A DNA stretch of 64,000 bases from Vicugna vicugna (Eukaryota). Both the position numbers and the translations under genes were made by a program. Numbering within the stretch: position 1 is the first letter of the stretch; every line of letters starts with the position of its first letter. The notes beneath the pieces were generated by a model. It did not search any database. It was given only the letters and a program-made list of their open reading frames with translations, and was not told where the DNA came from. Shown here piece by piece: positions 9,629 to 21,997 of the stretch. The stretch covers positions 124,001-188,000 of the forward strand of contig MU058714.1 of the NCBI GenBank assembly GCA_013265495.1. Reading direction: 5' to 3'.

Positions 9629-12600
9629 CTTCCACGGAGCATTTGCACATGGAGCCCCCCCACCAACAGGCTCCCCATCCCGACGCCCTGGGCTCCGATG
9701 AGACGGCTGCTGATTCCTGCCACTCCTTCTCCGACCGTTTCCATCTGGGGACCAGCCAGCAGTGCTTCCCTTCCAGCCCCAGAGCTGAAGCTACATCTGG
9801 AAACTCTTCTCACCCTTAATTGCTCTTAATGCTTTAACACAGAGTGGCTAACGGGCTCTAATTGGACAGCCCCAGTGCGGGGGGGCAGGGACAGCTCCCG
9901 GGCTGCTCACTCCCACAGCTCAAAGGTCACCCACAAAAAATACTAGTCTGTTCTCCGATTTTTTTTAAGAAACTGCCAACAAGCAGTTTCATACTGCAAC
10001 GAAGAAATACAAGGCAAAGAAAAGGATAGCAAAGAAGCCAAAAGCAGATGGGACAAAATATCACCAGTGCCACCGAGGTTTGTGACATCTGTCTGGGACA
10101 GACAGAAGGGTTCTTGGAGGCAAATCTGGCACCAGTCAATTAGTGGGGGTTAAAAAGCCTGGAAGATTCCAGCCACAGTGAAGCGGGGGCCAGGCCTTCC
10201 TCACTCAATTAGAGGAGGGGGTGCGGGGGGAGAGAGAGAGAACATGAAAAAGGTTTCAGGTTCTCCCCCTTCCTCGGGGGCACCCCCCCCCAGAACTGGT
10301 TCCAGCAGAAATGTCCAGAGGCGGGGAGTAAAGCTGATCTCAGCGCCCTCCCAAATCTTCTTTTCCAAATTCCTTTAGCAATAGAAGAGCAACCACAGGT
10401 GCTTCCAGAAGGACCCATCTTCCCAAAAGCTGTCTCAAGCTGAAGTCTTCGAATTAAAATTATCAGGCATGAGAAGAAGACACCCCTGCAAGAAGGGCGG
10501 CTCACCAGCCTCACGGTCCGGGTGGGCGTCGCCTGTCCTACCCAGCAGCCACCGGGGCGCCCTCACGCGTGGCAGGAACGTATTAACTGCACGTGTCAGA
10601 GAAACATCCCATTAGCTTATGGTGTAACTAGATAAAGTCACGCTCTCCCTCTCCCCACCACGGGGGAGACATTCACCTCGATGCTCTAGAAAGCTCCACG
10701 TACATTAATACTGCTGATGCGGGCAGCCTTTGCCGCGTCTTGGCCCCCCGAGGGTGCCATGTGACCGATTCCAGTTTAACAGCTTTTAAAAACAAGCAGA
10801 CAAGAGATGAGTGTGATGGATGGTGCAGGAAGCGAGCTCATCCGGGAGTGATTTATGGGAAGTCGCATGTTGCTGCCCAGGGGTCCCTCCCCCAGGGCGG
10901 GGGCCGGGCAGACAGAGGGGTCTCATGCTGGGGGGGCAGCCGCCCAGGGTGTGCCAGCCCCAAGGCGCTCACGCCCACCCCACCATGTGCAGCGGCCCCT
11001 GCTTTGGCCACACGCTGTCCCCTGCACTTGAAAAAGTGCTGTTGGCCCAGCCCAAACCCGCTCTTCATGAGCAGGAGGAGTAAACTTTGGTGCAGACTTC
11101 CCCTTCTCCCCTCTGAGGAGCCAGAAGTCAGAGCAGAAGACTTTGTTCAACAGTCGGCTCCAAATCAGAGGTGCTCCCCCACCCCCAAAAAACATCTGGA
11201 AAAGGAATAGCCAGCTGTGCTCTCTGCTTCGGCTGCGTGACCCTGCCCCACAGCACTGCGGTTGGGAGGATTCAGGCTGGCCGAGGAGAGTGGTGGCAGA
11301 GGGTGGAGAGGAAGGGGAGGGTTGGGGACAGGGGCCAGTGACGTCGACGGGGAGTTTCTGTTCCCGACACGGGCAGGCGGGTCCCCTCCCTGTTGACCTG
11401 AGGCACCTCTGCCCCCGGCCCCGGCCACTGCACACGAGAGACAAATCTCATTTTGCAGCAGATTAATTTCGGCCCATGTTTTTAATAAGGACTCAGAATT
11501 TACTACACAGTAAAATCCAAATCAAATCCATATTTAAAGGATCAGCCTCAGAATGGGATCTAATTTATGGGGCCCTTTCCAAGGCAGAGGAAGGGAGCCA
11601 GCGACGGGGCGACAGCCTGGGAGGAGACGGCTTCCTCCCACGCCCTCCTCTGACCCTTTCCTGCCCCCACCTGAGCCCTGGGACCCACGAAAGACACGTC
11701 TGCGGTGCCGGGGAGCTGCACCAGACAGGCCCACATGCCACAGGGAGTAGACCGGCCTCACTCAAGGGGGCAGAGGTTCCAGCAGGCTCTTCCCTGCAGT
11801 TTCTCCATCCCTGATCCCGGAGCGCACCAGGGAGCACTTCCTCTGGGCGACCTTCCACTGCGAGCGGGCGTAGACGACACACACGTGCAGGAACTCCCTG
11901 CGCCCCTGTATTGGCTCCTCACCTCCCCCAACTGCCATCCCCCAAACCTCCATCCCCAAGGCGGGCTCTTCCCCAAAGTGCCTGCTCCCACCGCGCATGA
12001 TCAAGTCAGGGCGAGGGGCCTCTGAGAGCGGGAAGCCGATGGGACGCCTGCTGCCCTTCCCTAGCTTTCTTTCCAGACCTCAGCTCTCAGGGGCACCCAA
12101 GGGGTGGGTGGGCAGCTCCCTCTGAAGCCTGCACCTGGATGCCATCGGGAGCGAGGCACCGCTGCAGGGCGCGAGGGCAACTGCACACCTGACGGTGATC
12201 CCTGTGCCCGGCCCGCTCCCTTCAGAGACCCGCCACCCGCCTGAAGGGGATCAGAAGGTGACACATGGAGCCCGGCTCCCTCTGCAGGCTTCATGCTGCC
12301 CAGGGCGAACGGGACGTGAGGGTCTTCCCTCTGATGCCTCTCCCCCCGGACTTCACCCCACCGGAAAGGAGAAGACCCTTGATGCTCACTCCCTGTTTCA
12401 CAACTTCAGACATGCCTTCGGGAGCTACAAGGGGCTAGAAGAGGCGTGTGCACCCAGAAACAGCCCTGGGCCCAAAGGAGCTTACACACGACCCCGCTGA
12501 GCTCTGAATACCAGCGCCGCCACCCGGACCAGCCAGTCTGGTGCTTTTCACTTTGATGACACCGATGATTTACCTTCTTAGGAGAATGCTGGTTCTCAGA

Positions 12601-13299
12601 CCCACAGAAAGGCGAGGCTGGGCCCCGCACCCTCCTTCAAGGAGGCAGCAAGGAGAAATATCTTCCGAGGAGTCAGGGAGACGATCCGCAGTCCCCTGCC
12701 TGCAGGATGCAGATGCTCTGCTGCCCTTCCCGCAGGGACAGAGCCACATACACTTGCTTAGAGCCAGGAGCCCAAGATTCAGGAGACAGAGCGTGAACCT
12801 CGGGGTCACTAGGACTGCACTGAGGTCAGCCCCAAACCACGCGTCCAGCGAGGTCGCTTCAGAGAGCTGGCAAGGCTGCTATCTCGGTGCACACGGCGGT
12901 AAAGAGGAAGTGGGGACGGCGCCCCAGCTCTGGTTTTACGGCCATGCTGTGGGAGCCCCGGAGAGGCAGCTTCAGAAAGTCCTGGGGGGTGGGGCCCTCT
13001 GGACGGCCACGTGGCCTTGCACCTCCATCCCAGGGCAGTCGGGGCATACGGTCGTCCTTGCTGGACTCTCTAAGGGGCCCCCAATGGCTTAGGAAGTGGG
13101 GCGCCAGTGTGATTTCAGTGTAGAAGACGTATTGTCTAAAATTCTCATCTCCGGCACGTCCCCAGACCCTCTGCCTTCTTCATCCTGGGTCCATCACACA
13201 GCCGCCCCCCCCGGGACAAGCAGCGGCCTCCTTGCCCCGCTCTGACCTCCCTCCCCGGCTATGCTGGCAGGGAAAGCCGTCCTAACTCTACAGAAGGGC

Positions 13300-13520
13300 A
13301 TGAAGCTCCAGGCCGGTCCAGGAGGACCCTCCCAGACCTCTTCCACGTGCACCCTCTGAAATAAAACCGTAATCCTAAGTGTAGCTCTTTCTGGGGTTCT
13401 GCAAGTCACTCTAGCAAACTGTTGAAACTGAGGGGGTCATAGGAACCCTCAAGTTTGCAGCCAGGTGGTCAGAAGGGGAAGCGGCCCCCAGAGACAGTGG
13501 GATCTGCCAGTAACTCCGGG
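13300..13520 (+). mobile_element. ERV LTR fragment, MER21-like
   Basis: aataaaaccgtaatcctaagt...gttctgcaagtcactctagcaaactgttgaaactgagggggtcataggaaccc resembles the MER21 3' half. Confidence 0.55.
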
Positions 13521-13961
13521 CGGCTTGTGCCAGAATTGAAGCACAGTCCAGCCACGGGAGGGGGAATGGGGTGATCACAGGGCTACAGGGGATGTGGCAG
13601 CAGGACACGGAACCGTGCAGGGGGAGGGTCAGGCCCTGACCTTGGCCTTACGGCATTTCGTGCTGACACCAGACAGTGGACACTGCACCCTGCCCACCCT
13701 CCTTCCTGGGATAACAATCGCACAGCCAGGCTGATGGCTTTCAGCAGCCACTCCGTACAAAATCCCACCTGCGGCGGTCCCGGGGCTCTGGTGACTCTCC
13801 CCGTCCCGCTCCCTGAAGCCACAAAAGACACTTCGATCTGCAAACCGGAGCCAACAGAAGGTCCCTGCAATTCTCTTGCGCAAGATAAAATTGCCGCACT
13901 AAGGTGTTTTTCCACAAATGCAAACTCCAAGGAAGGGTGTCGGGGGCAGGCGCGGCCTTAC

Positions 13962-14106
13962 CTGGTAGTGGAAGGGGGGCTCTGCTTTTGCGGTAGCAGG
14001 GAGGCCCCCCTGGGGTTCTTTCTGGACCTTCCTTGGGTGGAGGGTTACCGGGGAAGGGCGAGATTCAGCTCGAAAAGCTTCAGGCTCTCAGACACGGATT
14101 TTCTAC
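13962..14106 (-). other. Candidate internal exon, 145 nt, probably non-coding (5'UTR or lncRNA)
   Basis: Strong acceptor TTTTTCTTTTCTTTTCCTTCAG|GTAG and strong donor CAG|GTAAGG on the minus strand, at typical exon length. All three frames contain a stop (TAG; VENPCLRA*; RKSVSESLKLFELNLALPR*). Confidence 0.6.
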
Positions 14107-15084
14107 CTGAAGGAAAAGAAAAGAAAAACATTTAAATGCCTTTGAAACAAATACCCTTTTTGGATATGAAACAACGGTGTTAATAAACAAGAGAAGACAG
14201 GGCAGCTTCAAGGCCACCACATATCACGTCCCAGGGGAACACAGGGAACCTTGTGGAAAACAAACCATTAGGACCCAACGGCCACTTGGGTTCAGCGTCC
14301 TCAGCGTCCGCCCAGGCCTCCTGCTGTGAAGCCCTGACCCCTGCAGCTCTCTGACCCCCCGGTGCTGGTCCCATCCTGCCGCGTCTCACGCCCCCTGCTG
14401 CTCTCACTTCCCGCCTCACCCAGTTCAGATTCCGGACCACCGCTGCCACCACTCCAGCAACTCCCTGTCCCTTCCTTTCTAACAGATTCCTTAGGTGATG
14501 TCACTCTCCTGACACATCTCTCCAATGATATCCTGCGTCACTCGGAGGAAACACCCAGATCTGCTACAACAGCCTGCAACCCAAGTTTGGGGACTCTGAC
14601 GCTTACATGATTTGGGGGCTTTCTAAAAAAATTAGGCAAGACGGTAGACGCAAAAGAAAGATGCAGGGGCCAGTGGGTGCAAAACTTCACGGTAAATCCT
14701 CCTTTACCCAAGGGGCCTCGGCAGTCTGGCCTCCTGCTGCTCCACTTGCCCCTCCTCTGACCATGCCCTGCCCGGGAGCCCCCAGCCCTGCGGTCCCCGG
14801 GCCTCCTGGCTGTCCCTCCACACTCGAGCATCATGCCTTGGCACCAGCTGTTACGTGGTCTGCACTCCCTGCCTAACTGGGGGTTTCCCACCGCCCCCAA
14901 CGAGGGACTCTGTTGCATGACACTTTTCCAGTCAGGCCATCGGGGAACAAAATAACCACCGTCCCCTGGGCATCCCCTCCTCCATTTCCCTGTGAATTTT
15001 CCCAGAAATTATCAAATCTGTTGTCACATAGATGCACTGGTTTCCTGGTCTTTCTTTGCCCCTGCCCTCCCCGGCATACCAGCG

Positions 15085-15205
15085 TCCTGAGGGCAGACGC
15101 GTGAGCTGTTTCACTCGGTGCCCCATCCCCAGCGCCCAGGGTGTGCCTGGCACAGAGCCGGAGCTCACTCAGCATCTGCTGGGCGGGTAAGTGAAGGGAT
15201 GAAGG
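15085..15205 (+). mobile_element. L2 3' end remnant
   Basis: atccccagcgcccagggtgtgcctggcacagagccggagctcactcagcatctgctg matches the L2 terminus pattern. Confidence 0.6.
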
Positions 15206-17994
15206 ATTGCACCTCCACTTTTATTCTCCTGTGTCACACTCTCGGGTCTCCTTAGACTAGTGTCCGGTTATCAATCTTTAGAGCGGGAATTCCCAGGAGA
15301 GAGGAGCTGGCTGGGTTTTGTAGGGGTAGGAAGCATCTGGGCCTGGGAAGTCTTGTCTTTGCTTAATTTATTCCACCCAGTGTGTGTGCCATCAGGCGGA
15401 CAGGATACAAACAGCATTTAGGAAACCCACTCCGAGCAGCCTGGAGAGATGGGCTTTGGGGTAGGGTTGGGAGATCGTGTTGGCCAGGGAAGGGTTGAGC
15501 GCTGCCCTCCCCCTGCAAGGGAAAGGCTTCCATTAGCGTGTCCCCAGAAATCTCACAACAGAGCTTTAAAAAAAAGGAAGAAAAAATTACCAGTTTCTCC
15601 GTTTTCCTAAAATCCGGTTACTTAACGGCGCCCTGCCCCGTCCCAAACGGCAGGGCCAGCCTCACAGAGGGCTGCCAACCACACAAAAATGCCGAGGCAC
15701 AACTGCCTTCCCAATGACCACCGGTGCCACGCAGAGCCAGGAGCTGGGGGCAGGGAGGCTGGGAACGGCCCCGAGCTCCACACGGCCACTTTTCAGGGGG
15801 AGAAGCCAGGGTGTCCTCAGATTCTCCCAGGTCAGTGGGCTAAATGCAATGAGACGGGTGGCGGGGGAGGGGCTGGGGGTGGGAAGAGAGGCTCAGGTGG
15901 AAGTCGAGGGAGCCCAGGTGGAAGCGGCTCCAGGCGGTGACCCCAGCTGGTGGGGCTGGAAGGCAGGCGGGCCTGCTTCTCAGAGCTAAATGCTCGAGTC
16001 TCGGCAGCCAGCACAGAAGGCAAGGCTGGGGTTCATTTCCACAAGACCTATCGGAACGGAGCAACCTGGGGCTGTGGATGCCGCCAGCCAGGCACTTCGC
16101 CCCTGGTACCTACACCGGAAAGGAAAGTGACAAAGGCCACAGAGATGGGGGAGCAGGCAGCGCAAGAACCCTAGGAATGCCCCCAGACTCCTCCCGTCCC
16201 CACCGCACGGTCCACTGTGCACGATCCTCAAAGCCTCAAACGTGGGCAAACGCCTTCACACCCTCCACCCTCAGCCAAGCTGCACGCGCACCCAGTGCCC
16301 CGACTCCGCCCCGCGCGCCCACCTCGAGAGCAGTTACACTGTGCTGGGTGATGCACAGTTGGCCTGAGACGCTTGCCCGGAGTTGAGAACTCGGGGCCTC
16401 TGAGGACTGCGGAGACCAAGTTCCGGACGAGGTGGGTCGTGCAGCCCTGACCTCGGGCGTGTCCTGCTGCGTGCACTGACCAGAACAACTCTGGGGCGGG
16501 AGGGTCCCTCCCCACAGCCCCGTTCGTTTGTTTTCATCCTCCCAAGCTGAATGGGAGATTATCTAAGAGCTTGTCCCTGATCTTGGTGGCACATCTTCCC
16601 TCCCTCCACAGCAGGAAACACCATTTCATCACCCACAGCGCAGAGGTCAAGCCCACAGTTTTGGGGACCGCAGGGCTCCTGGGCTGCCAAGGGAAGGGAC
16701 TAGTCCTACCCTGCCTTGGAGCCAAACTGGGTGGGAGGCAAAAGGCTGAGCTGTGAAGTCATGAGGCCCCCAAGGTTGGCTGGTTGATAAGGGAGAAAGC
16801 CAAGGGCAGAAGATCCAAGCCTGCCCAGGGCCGGGCCCAGGGTGGAGGCCACAGCCTGCCTCCCGGACTCTGGACTGTGGGACAAAAGGGCAAGATAGGT
16901 CGCAGGAGCGAGCTGCATCTTCCTCCTTCTCGGAATCACCTTTCTTGCTCCCCACCGTGTGCTAAGCTCAGTGCCAGGAACCCGTGGTCCAGCCTCTGCC
17001 AGAGCATGGGGTGCAAAGGAGGCAGGCAGGAGCCTCCAACTGCTGCTGGAATCCAGAGGTCTCCTGGCTCTGCCCACTGCAGGGAAGGGGCAGGACGCAG
17101 AGGCCCCATCCCACACCCACTGCGAACCCAAGGGTCCCTGGGGCACAAGGGCTAACTGCCCCCTCTATTTGCTTCTTCAGGATCCACCCCACTGGCATTA
17201 GTGGTGGGGGCCCTCAAAATAATTTGGGGGTTGAGGAGGCTTAAGTTTCCCAGGAAGGCTGTACACGTGATACCGGAGGAGGCCCTGGATCTGGGAAGTG
17301 CCAGGTGTGGTCCTGCCAAAGGCGAGGGCAGGGAGCCTGGGCAGGAGGGCGGGCTCCGTCTCAGAGAAGGACGTGTGCGTTCGCACTGCCTGCTCCCCCA
17401 CATCGGCCTCCCAGGCCCAAGGCCCGTCTGACCACTCACGGAGGCTGCTGGGCCAGCCCAGTCCAGCTCTGCTCCCCACGGGGTAAGAGGCTGCCTTTGA
17501 AGCTCCAGCCCCAAAAGGCTGTTAGACCACTCAGGAGGCTGCCTCCTGTTAGATTCTTGCCACTGGGGAGAAGATGGAAAAATAAACACTTGCATTTCTA
17601 GAAAGTGTCTTCTGCAAAAATATAAGCCAACACGGAAAAGGGCACAGGCCCCAGAGGAAGTTCCTTCTAGAACAGACTGGCATGGATGACAGGTCCTCCG
17701 GCCACCCCAAACTCCAGCCCTCCTCAGAGGCAGGTCCGCAGCCTCCAGCCCCGCCCAGGACTGGGCCGTCGGCCCCTCCGTCCGTCTCTGAGGACCCCTG
17801 TCCTCCGCCCACTGCAGGGCTGGACTCTGTCCTGAGTGAGGGGCTGAGCAGAGGTGCTGGTCCAAGGTTGGGGCGGGGAGGTGGGGTGAAGGTACTGGAG
17901 GAGGGAGGAGGCAGAGGGAAGGGGGGGAGGGGGGAGAGCCTGGCTGAGTCACCACCATCACCATCTTCACCATCGAGACAGGACTGAACTTAGT

Positions 17995-18092
17995 CCCTGG
18001 AGGGCAGCCCTGTGTTGGTCTCTGCTCACCACTGTGCTCCCAGCACCCGGCCCGGGGCTGCACACAGTAGGTGTTCAGCAAACATGAGTTAA
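17995..18092 (+). mobile_element. L2 3' end remnant
   Basis: ctgctcaccactgtgctcccagcacc...cacacagtaggtgttcagcaaacatg. Confidence 0.6.
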
Positions 18093-18879
18093 GCCAACAG
18101 TGAGGAGGGGGAGGACGAAGGCACACCCGTCCGGGTAAGCAGCGTGCAGCGGGGTGGCACCTCTCGCTAAAATTCTGAGCCAGCCTGCAAAGCAACACGT
18201 GGAATTGGCCGTCACTAACTTGAGTCTGTCGACGGGGCGGTCCCGGACTCCCAGAGGCAGAATGACCTTCACGTTCTGCACAGCAAAGCCAGCACACAGA
18301 GCCCACCCTAGACCCCTCCCACGCACAGCTGCTCGCGCAGAGAGAGGCCCAACAGCCCAGCAGAACTTCTGAATTTGTTTCCAAATCTCCAAAAGAAAGG
18401 CACACCTGCACTTCAGGGCCCAAGGACAGCCTGGGGACGACAATAGTCCTTTATGAAGTCCAGGTCACCCGAGGAAGTGGCGGGAAGAGCTTGGAGCACA
18501 TCACCCGCCAGCCCCATCACGTACGTGCTGCGTGACCCGGTCCGAGCTGCCTGAGGGGCTGGGGTGGGATGGAGCATGGGGGACCCTATTACTTATAGCA
18601 AAGGCATTCCCAAAGGACCCTCAGATCTTCAGAAATCAAGTTTTGGGGATTTTGTTTGTTTTGAGGGACGATACTGATATTGCCGGAGACAGGCCTGCAT
18701 TCTCGTGTGGCTTCCCGAAGGGGCTCCAGAAATGGCATCTGCACAAATCCCAGGGGACTTGGCGTGTCCGTCTGAGAAATGGGCCCTTCTCCCCAAACCA
18801 CACCTTTCCTGCTGCGTTTCATTGCAGGTGGCGGGGGGAGCTTGTTAAGTCTTCCAGTTCTGCCTAGCAGAAAGTAAAA

Positions 18880-19232
18880 GAAACTCAGAGCAAAGACACA
18901 GATTTGCCATAGAAACAGAACAGAGGTGAGGGGTGGGGGGAACGGTGAAGGTGATTAGAGGTACAAAGTTCCAGTTACAAGACAAACACACCCTGGGAGC
19001 GTATGTGCAGCACGGTGACTGTAGCTAACAGCGCGCTATGGTATTTCCTTCAAAGCTGCTAAGAGCAGAATTTAAGCGTTCTCATCACGAGAAAAAAAAC
19101 GTAACTAGACGAGGTTCCGGATGTTAACTACTTATGGTGATCATTTTGCAGTGAACACAAATATCAAATTATTATGTCGTACATCTTAAACTAATACAGA
19201 GTCATACGTCAATTATAGCTCAATAAGCTGGG
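18880..19232 (+). mobile_element. L1MA-type 3' UTR fragment, L1MA9-like
   Basis: ggtacaaagttccagttacaaga...cagcacggtgactgtagctaac...gttctcatcac...ggtgatcattttgcagtg...gtcaattatagctcaataa. Confidence 0.75.
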
Positions 19233-20309
19233 GGTGGGGCGCTCCAAGTCATGGCAGGGACTCGATGCTCGTTTTTGGAAACCATCAAAACATCCCAATG
19301 AAACAGAGCGGAGTCCTGTTAACTCGCTTACTTTCAGTTCAGCGAGACACCGTCTTCCTTCCTCGTCTTTCTCTGAAACCAGCTCCCCCAGCTCCCCATG
19401 TGCCAGCGTCCCTTCTGCCATCTTCTCTCTTTAATCCCTCTCGAGAAATCTTTCAGGGATGCTGGCCGTGTTCCCCTCAATCTCTCATCACCCCGATTCC
19501 TTCTCAGTCTCTGCTTTCCCCGCCAAACATGAGCTAATCACCAAAACCAGAGCTTAAAATGGGACTCAAGCTAGGAAGGCAAAACTTGCTGCTTCTCTAA
19601 CAAAGACAAGAACATGAAGCAGCTTATTTCTGGGGAAAAGACTACAGGGAACATGCAAGATTCTGAATAAATGAATCTCCCCCTCCCGGTTTTAAACCAC
19701 TCTGGTGGAACCAGCCTCACTCCTGACCCCCCCGCCCCGCCTTGTGAAGCCTGTCTCCGGCGAAACTAATTTGGGTTTTATTGCTCTGGCATGTAGCGGG
19801 GCCTGTGACAGTTTCACTGTGGCTGGGCCGCTGCTGTTTCTCCTTTTTTAATACCAGCGTGTTTTAATAATAGCGTACCTTTAGGTATTGCTGAAATGTT
19901 ACATTATTCAGCGTACCCAACGGGAGCGGGAAGGGCCGCGTGTAACTTACGCGTCCTCGGGCGCTGTTTCAAGCTTGTGAAATGGAGGGGTGTCTTTTGG
20001 GAGGCAGTTTCCCCCAAGGTCGGGCAAGCGGTTTCTGGAGGAACGGCTGGAGGCTGTGTGGCCCGAGTGGCAGCCAGACTCAACACTGAGAGCTCAGAAC
20101 CCCTGACACGAGGCTGGGAGCAGTGACCGAGGGGCTCCGGGCCCCAAACCAGAAGTGCTTCCCAAACACAAGAGGACCCCAGCCCAGCTTCCGAGACCCC
20201 GGAATGGTTAACTAGGCCTGCTCCAGACACTCAGGGCACTTCGGGCCATTTCGTTCCTGAGCTCTGGCCCTTCCAGAAAGCCCCGTTCCCGCACTGAACG
20301 TTCATCAAG

Positions 20310-21240
20310 TCCCTCCTATGCCAGATGCTGGGGACGCAGCTAAGAGACACCACGCCGACGTGTCCCCAGGGGGCTTGCAGTGTAGAGGGGGAGCCGACAC
20401 GTGCCCTAAAGAGCCCAGCAGGGCTGAGGGAGGGCTCGCACAAGCTGGCAGCTGCATAGGGCAGACTTAGTTTTGCTCAGCACCGCATTCCCAGCACACA
20501 GAACACAGCAGGTGCTGAGCCAACGCGTCTGAGTGACTGCCGGAAGGAACGCAGCGCCAGTGAGAGAGACGGGCTGAGGGCGCTCACTCACCTCGGCGGC
20601 TGCCCTGGCTTCCCGGAGGAGGTGCGGACCCAGGAGTGAGTCAAAGACTGGAGAGGAGAGGGGGACAGCAGTACAGGGCGACACAAGGAGGCGCAGGCGA
20701 GATGTCTTCCGGGGAATGCAAACGACGGAGCAGGCGGTGTGGGACTGGAGGCACTGGAAGATGGCACTGGCCGGTAAGTCGGGAACCAGATCATGAAGCA
20801 CCTTGAACGTCATGCCAAGGACGTGAAAAGGCCGCCTGAAGAGCTGCAAGCAGGAAACGATGCAGATCTTAGGAGGCCGGCTCTCACGCCAGTGTGGACA
20901 GGACGGAGCGGGTGAAAACCAAGCGGGAATCCTAGCCAGGAGGCTGTCGCCCGGGACCAAGTGAGAAACTGAGATTTGAGAAAGAGCAGATGGAAACAAG
21001 TGGGATGGACCAGACTCGGGGAAGGTTACAACGAGGGGGCTGCAGCTGGGTGGATAATGTAGTTTGCACGTTATCCTTTACACTTTCGCACGTATTGACA
21101 ATTAGGTAACACAATTTTTCTAGGCTTGTGGAGTTGAGTTCAGATTTGGACATGTGTTCAGAGAGCCCCTGGTACGTCTGCGGGGATACATGGCAGATGG
21201 TTGGACGCTAGGACCGAAGACTTAGGAGACAGTCTTGTCT
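20310..21240 (-). mobile_element. Fragmented L2 remnants, mostly antisense
   Basis: tatgccagatgctggggac..., ccagatcatgaagcacctt..., tgagttcagatttggacatgtg and ggcagatggttgga are L2-like motifs. A short sense-oriented L2 end lies near 20455-20525. Confidence 0.5.
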
Positions 21241-21251
21241 GCGCTGGGGAT

Positions 21252-21680
21252 CGTGGCAGCCTGCCTGGAAGACGGTCCCTATGATCCTCACCTCTTGTCC
21301 CCTTGTGCAGCCACCACCCACCTCAGGCTGGACCTGGTCTGCGTACCCACTGGAACACGGCAGAGGTGGTGGTCAATTCTGAGATCAGGTCATAAGAAAC
21401 ATCACAGCTCCACCTCATTCTCTGACTCTGGCGGACCAGGCTGCCGTGTCATGAGGATGCTCAAGCACCACACGGAGAGATCCACATATGAGGAACTGAG
21501 GCCTCCCACCAACAGCCAACATGCTGGCTGCAAGCAACCTCACGAAAGACCCTGAGTTACAAGCACCCAGCTCAGCCACCCAGAGATTCCTGAATCCCAG
21601 AAACTGTGAACTAATCAATGATTCTGCTGGAAGCCACTATGTTTTGGTGTGATCTATTACAGAGCAAAAGAAAATTAACC
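21252..21680 (+). mobile_element. MLT1F-like solo LTR
   Basis: atgatcctcacctc...ttctgagatcaggtcataagaa...gaggaactgaggcctcccaccaacagcca...cacccagctcagccac...agaaactgtga...aagccactatgttttggtgtga. Confidence 0.75.
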
Positions 21681-21745
21681 CAGGGATTACAAAAATATAC
21701 GTATAAATGGTGGCTGAAGCCATGGGCATGGATAAGAACACCAAG

Positions 21746-21997
21746 GGAGTTACCAAAGGGGAAGGGGGAGGAGGAATAAATTAGGGGTTTGGGATTAGCA
21801 GATAGACACTACTGTATATAAAATAGATACACAGGGTCCTACTGTCTAGCACAGGGAACGAGATTCAATTGCTCATAATAACCTATAATAAAAAGAATAT
21901 GAAAAAGAATATATATGTATAACTGAATCACCATGTTGTACACCAGAAACTAACACAACATTGTAAATCAACTATACTTCAATTAAAGACAAAAAAG
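21746..21997 (+). mobile_element. 5'-truncated cetartiodactyl-type L1 3' end with target-site duplication
   Basis: aattaggggtttgggattagcagatagacactac...cctactgtctagcacagggaac...aacattgtaaatcaactatacttcaattaaa. Flanked by gaacaccaag at 21736-21745 and 21998-22007. Similar to the copy at 41200-41440. Confidence 0.85.

Noticed and set aside
17152..18423. 423-aa minus-strand ORF
   Set aside because: It has no recognisable domain, low-complexity Pro/Gly/Ser/Arg composition, and crosses an L2 remnant and simple repeats. Long ORFs arise by chance in GC-rich DNA.
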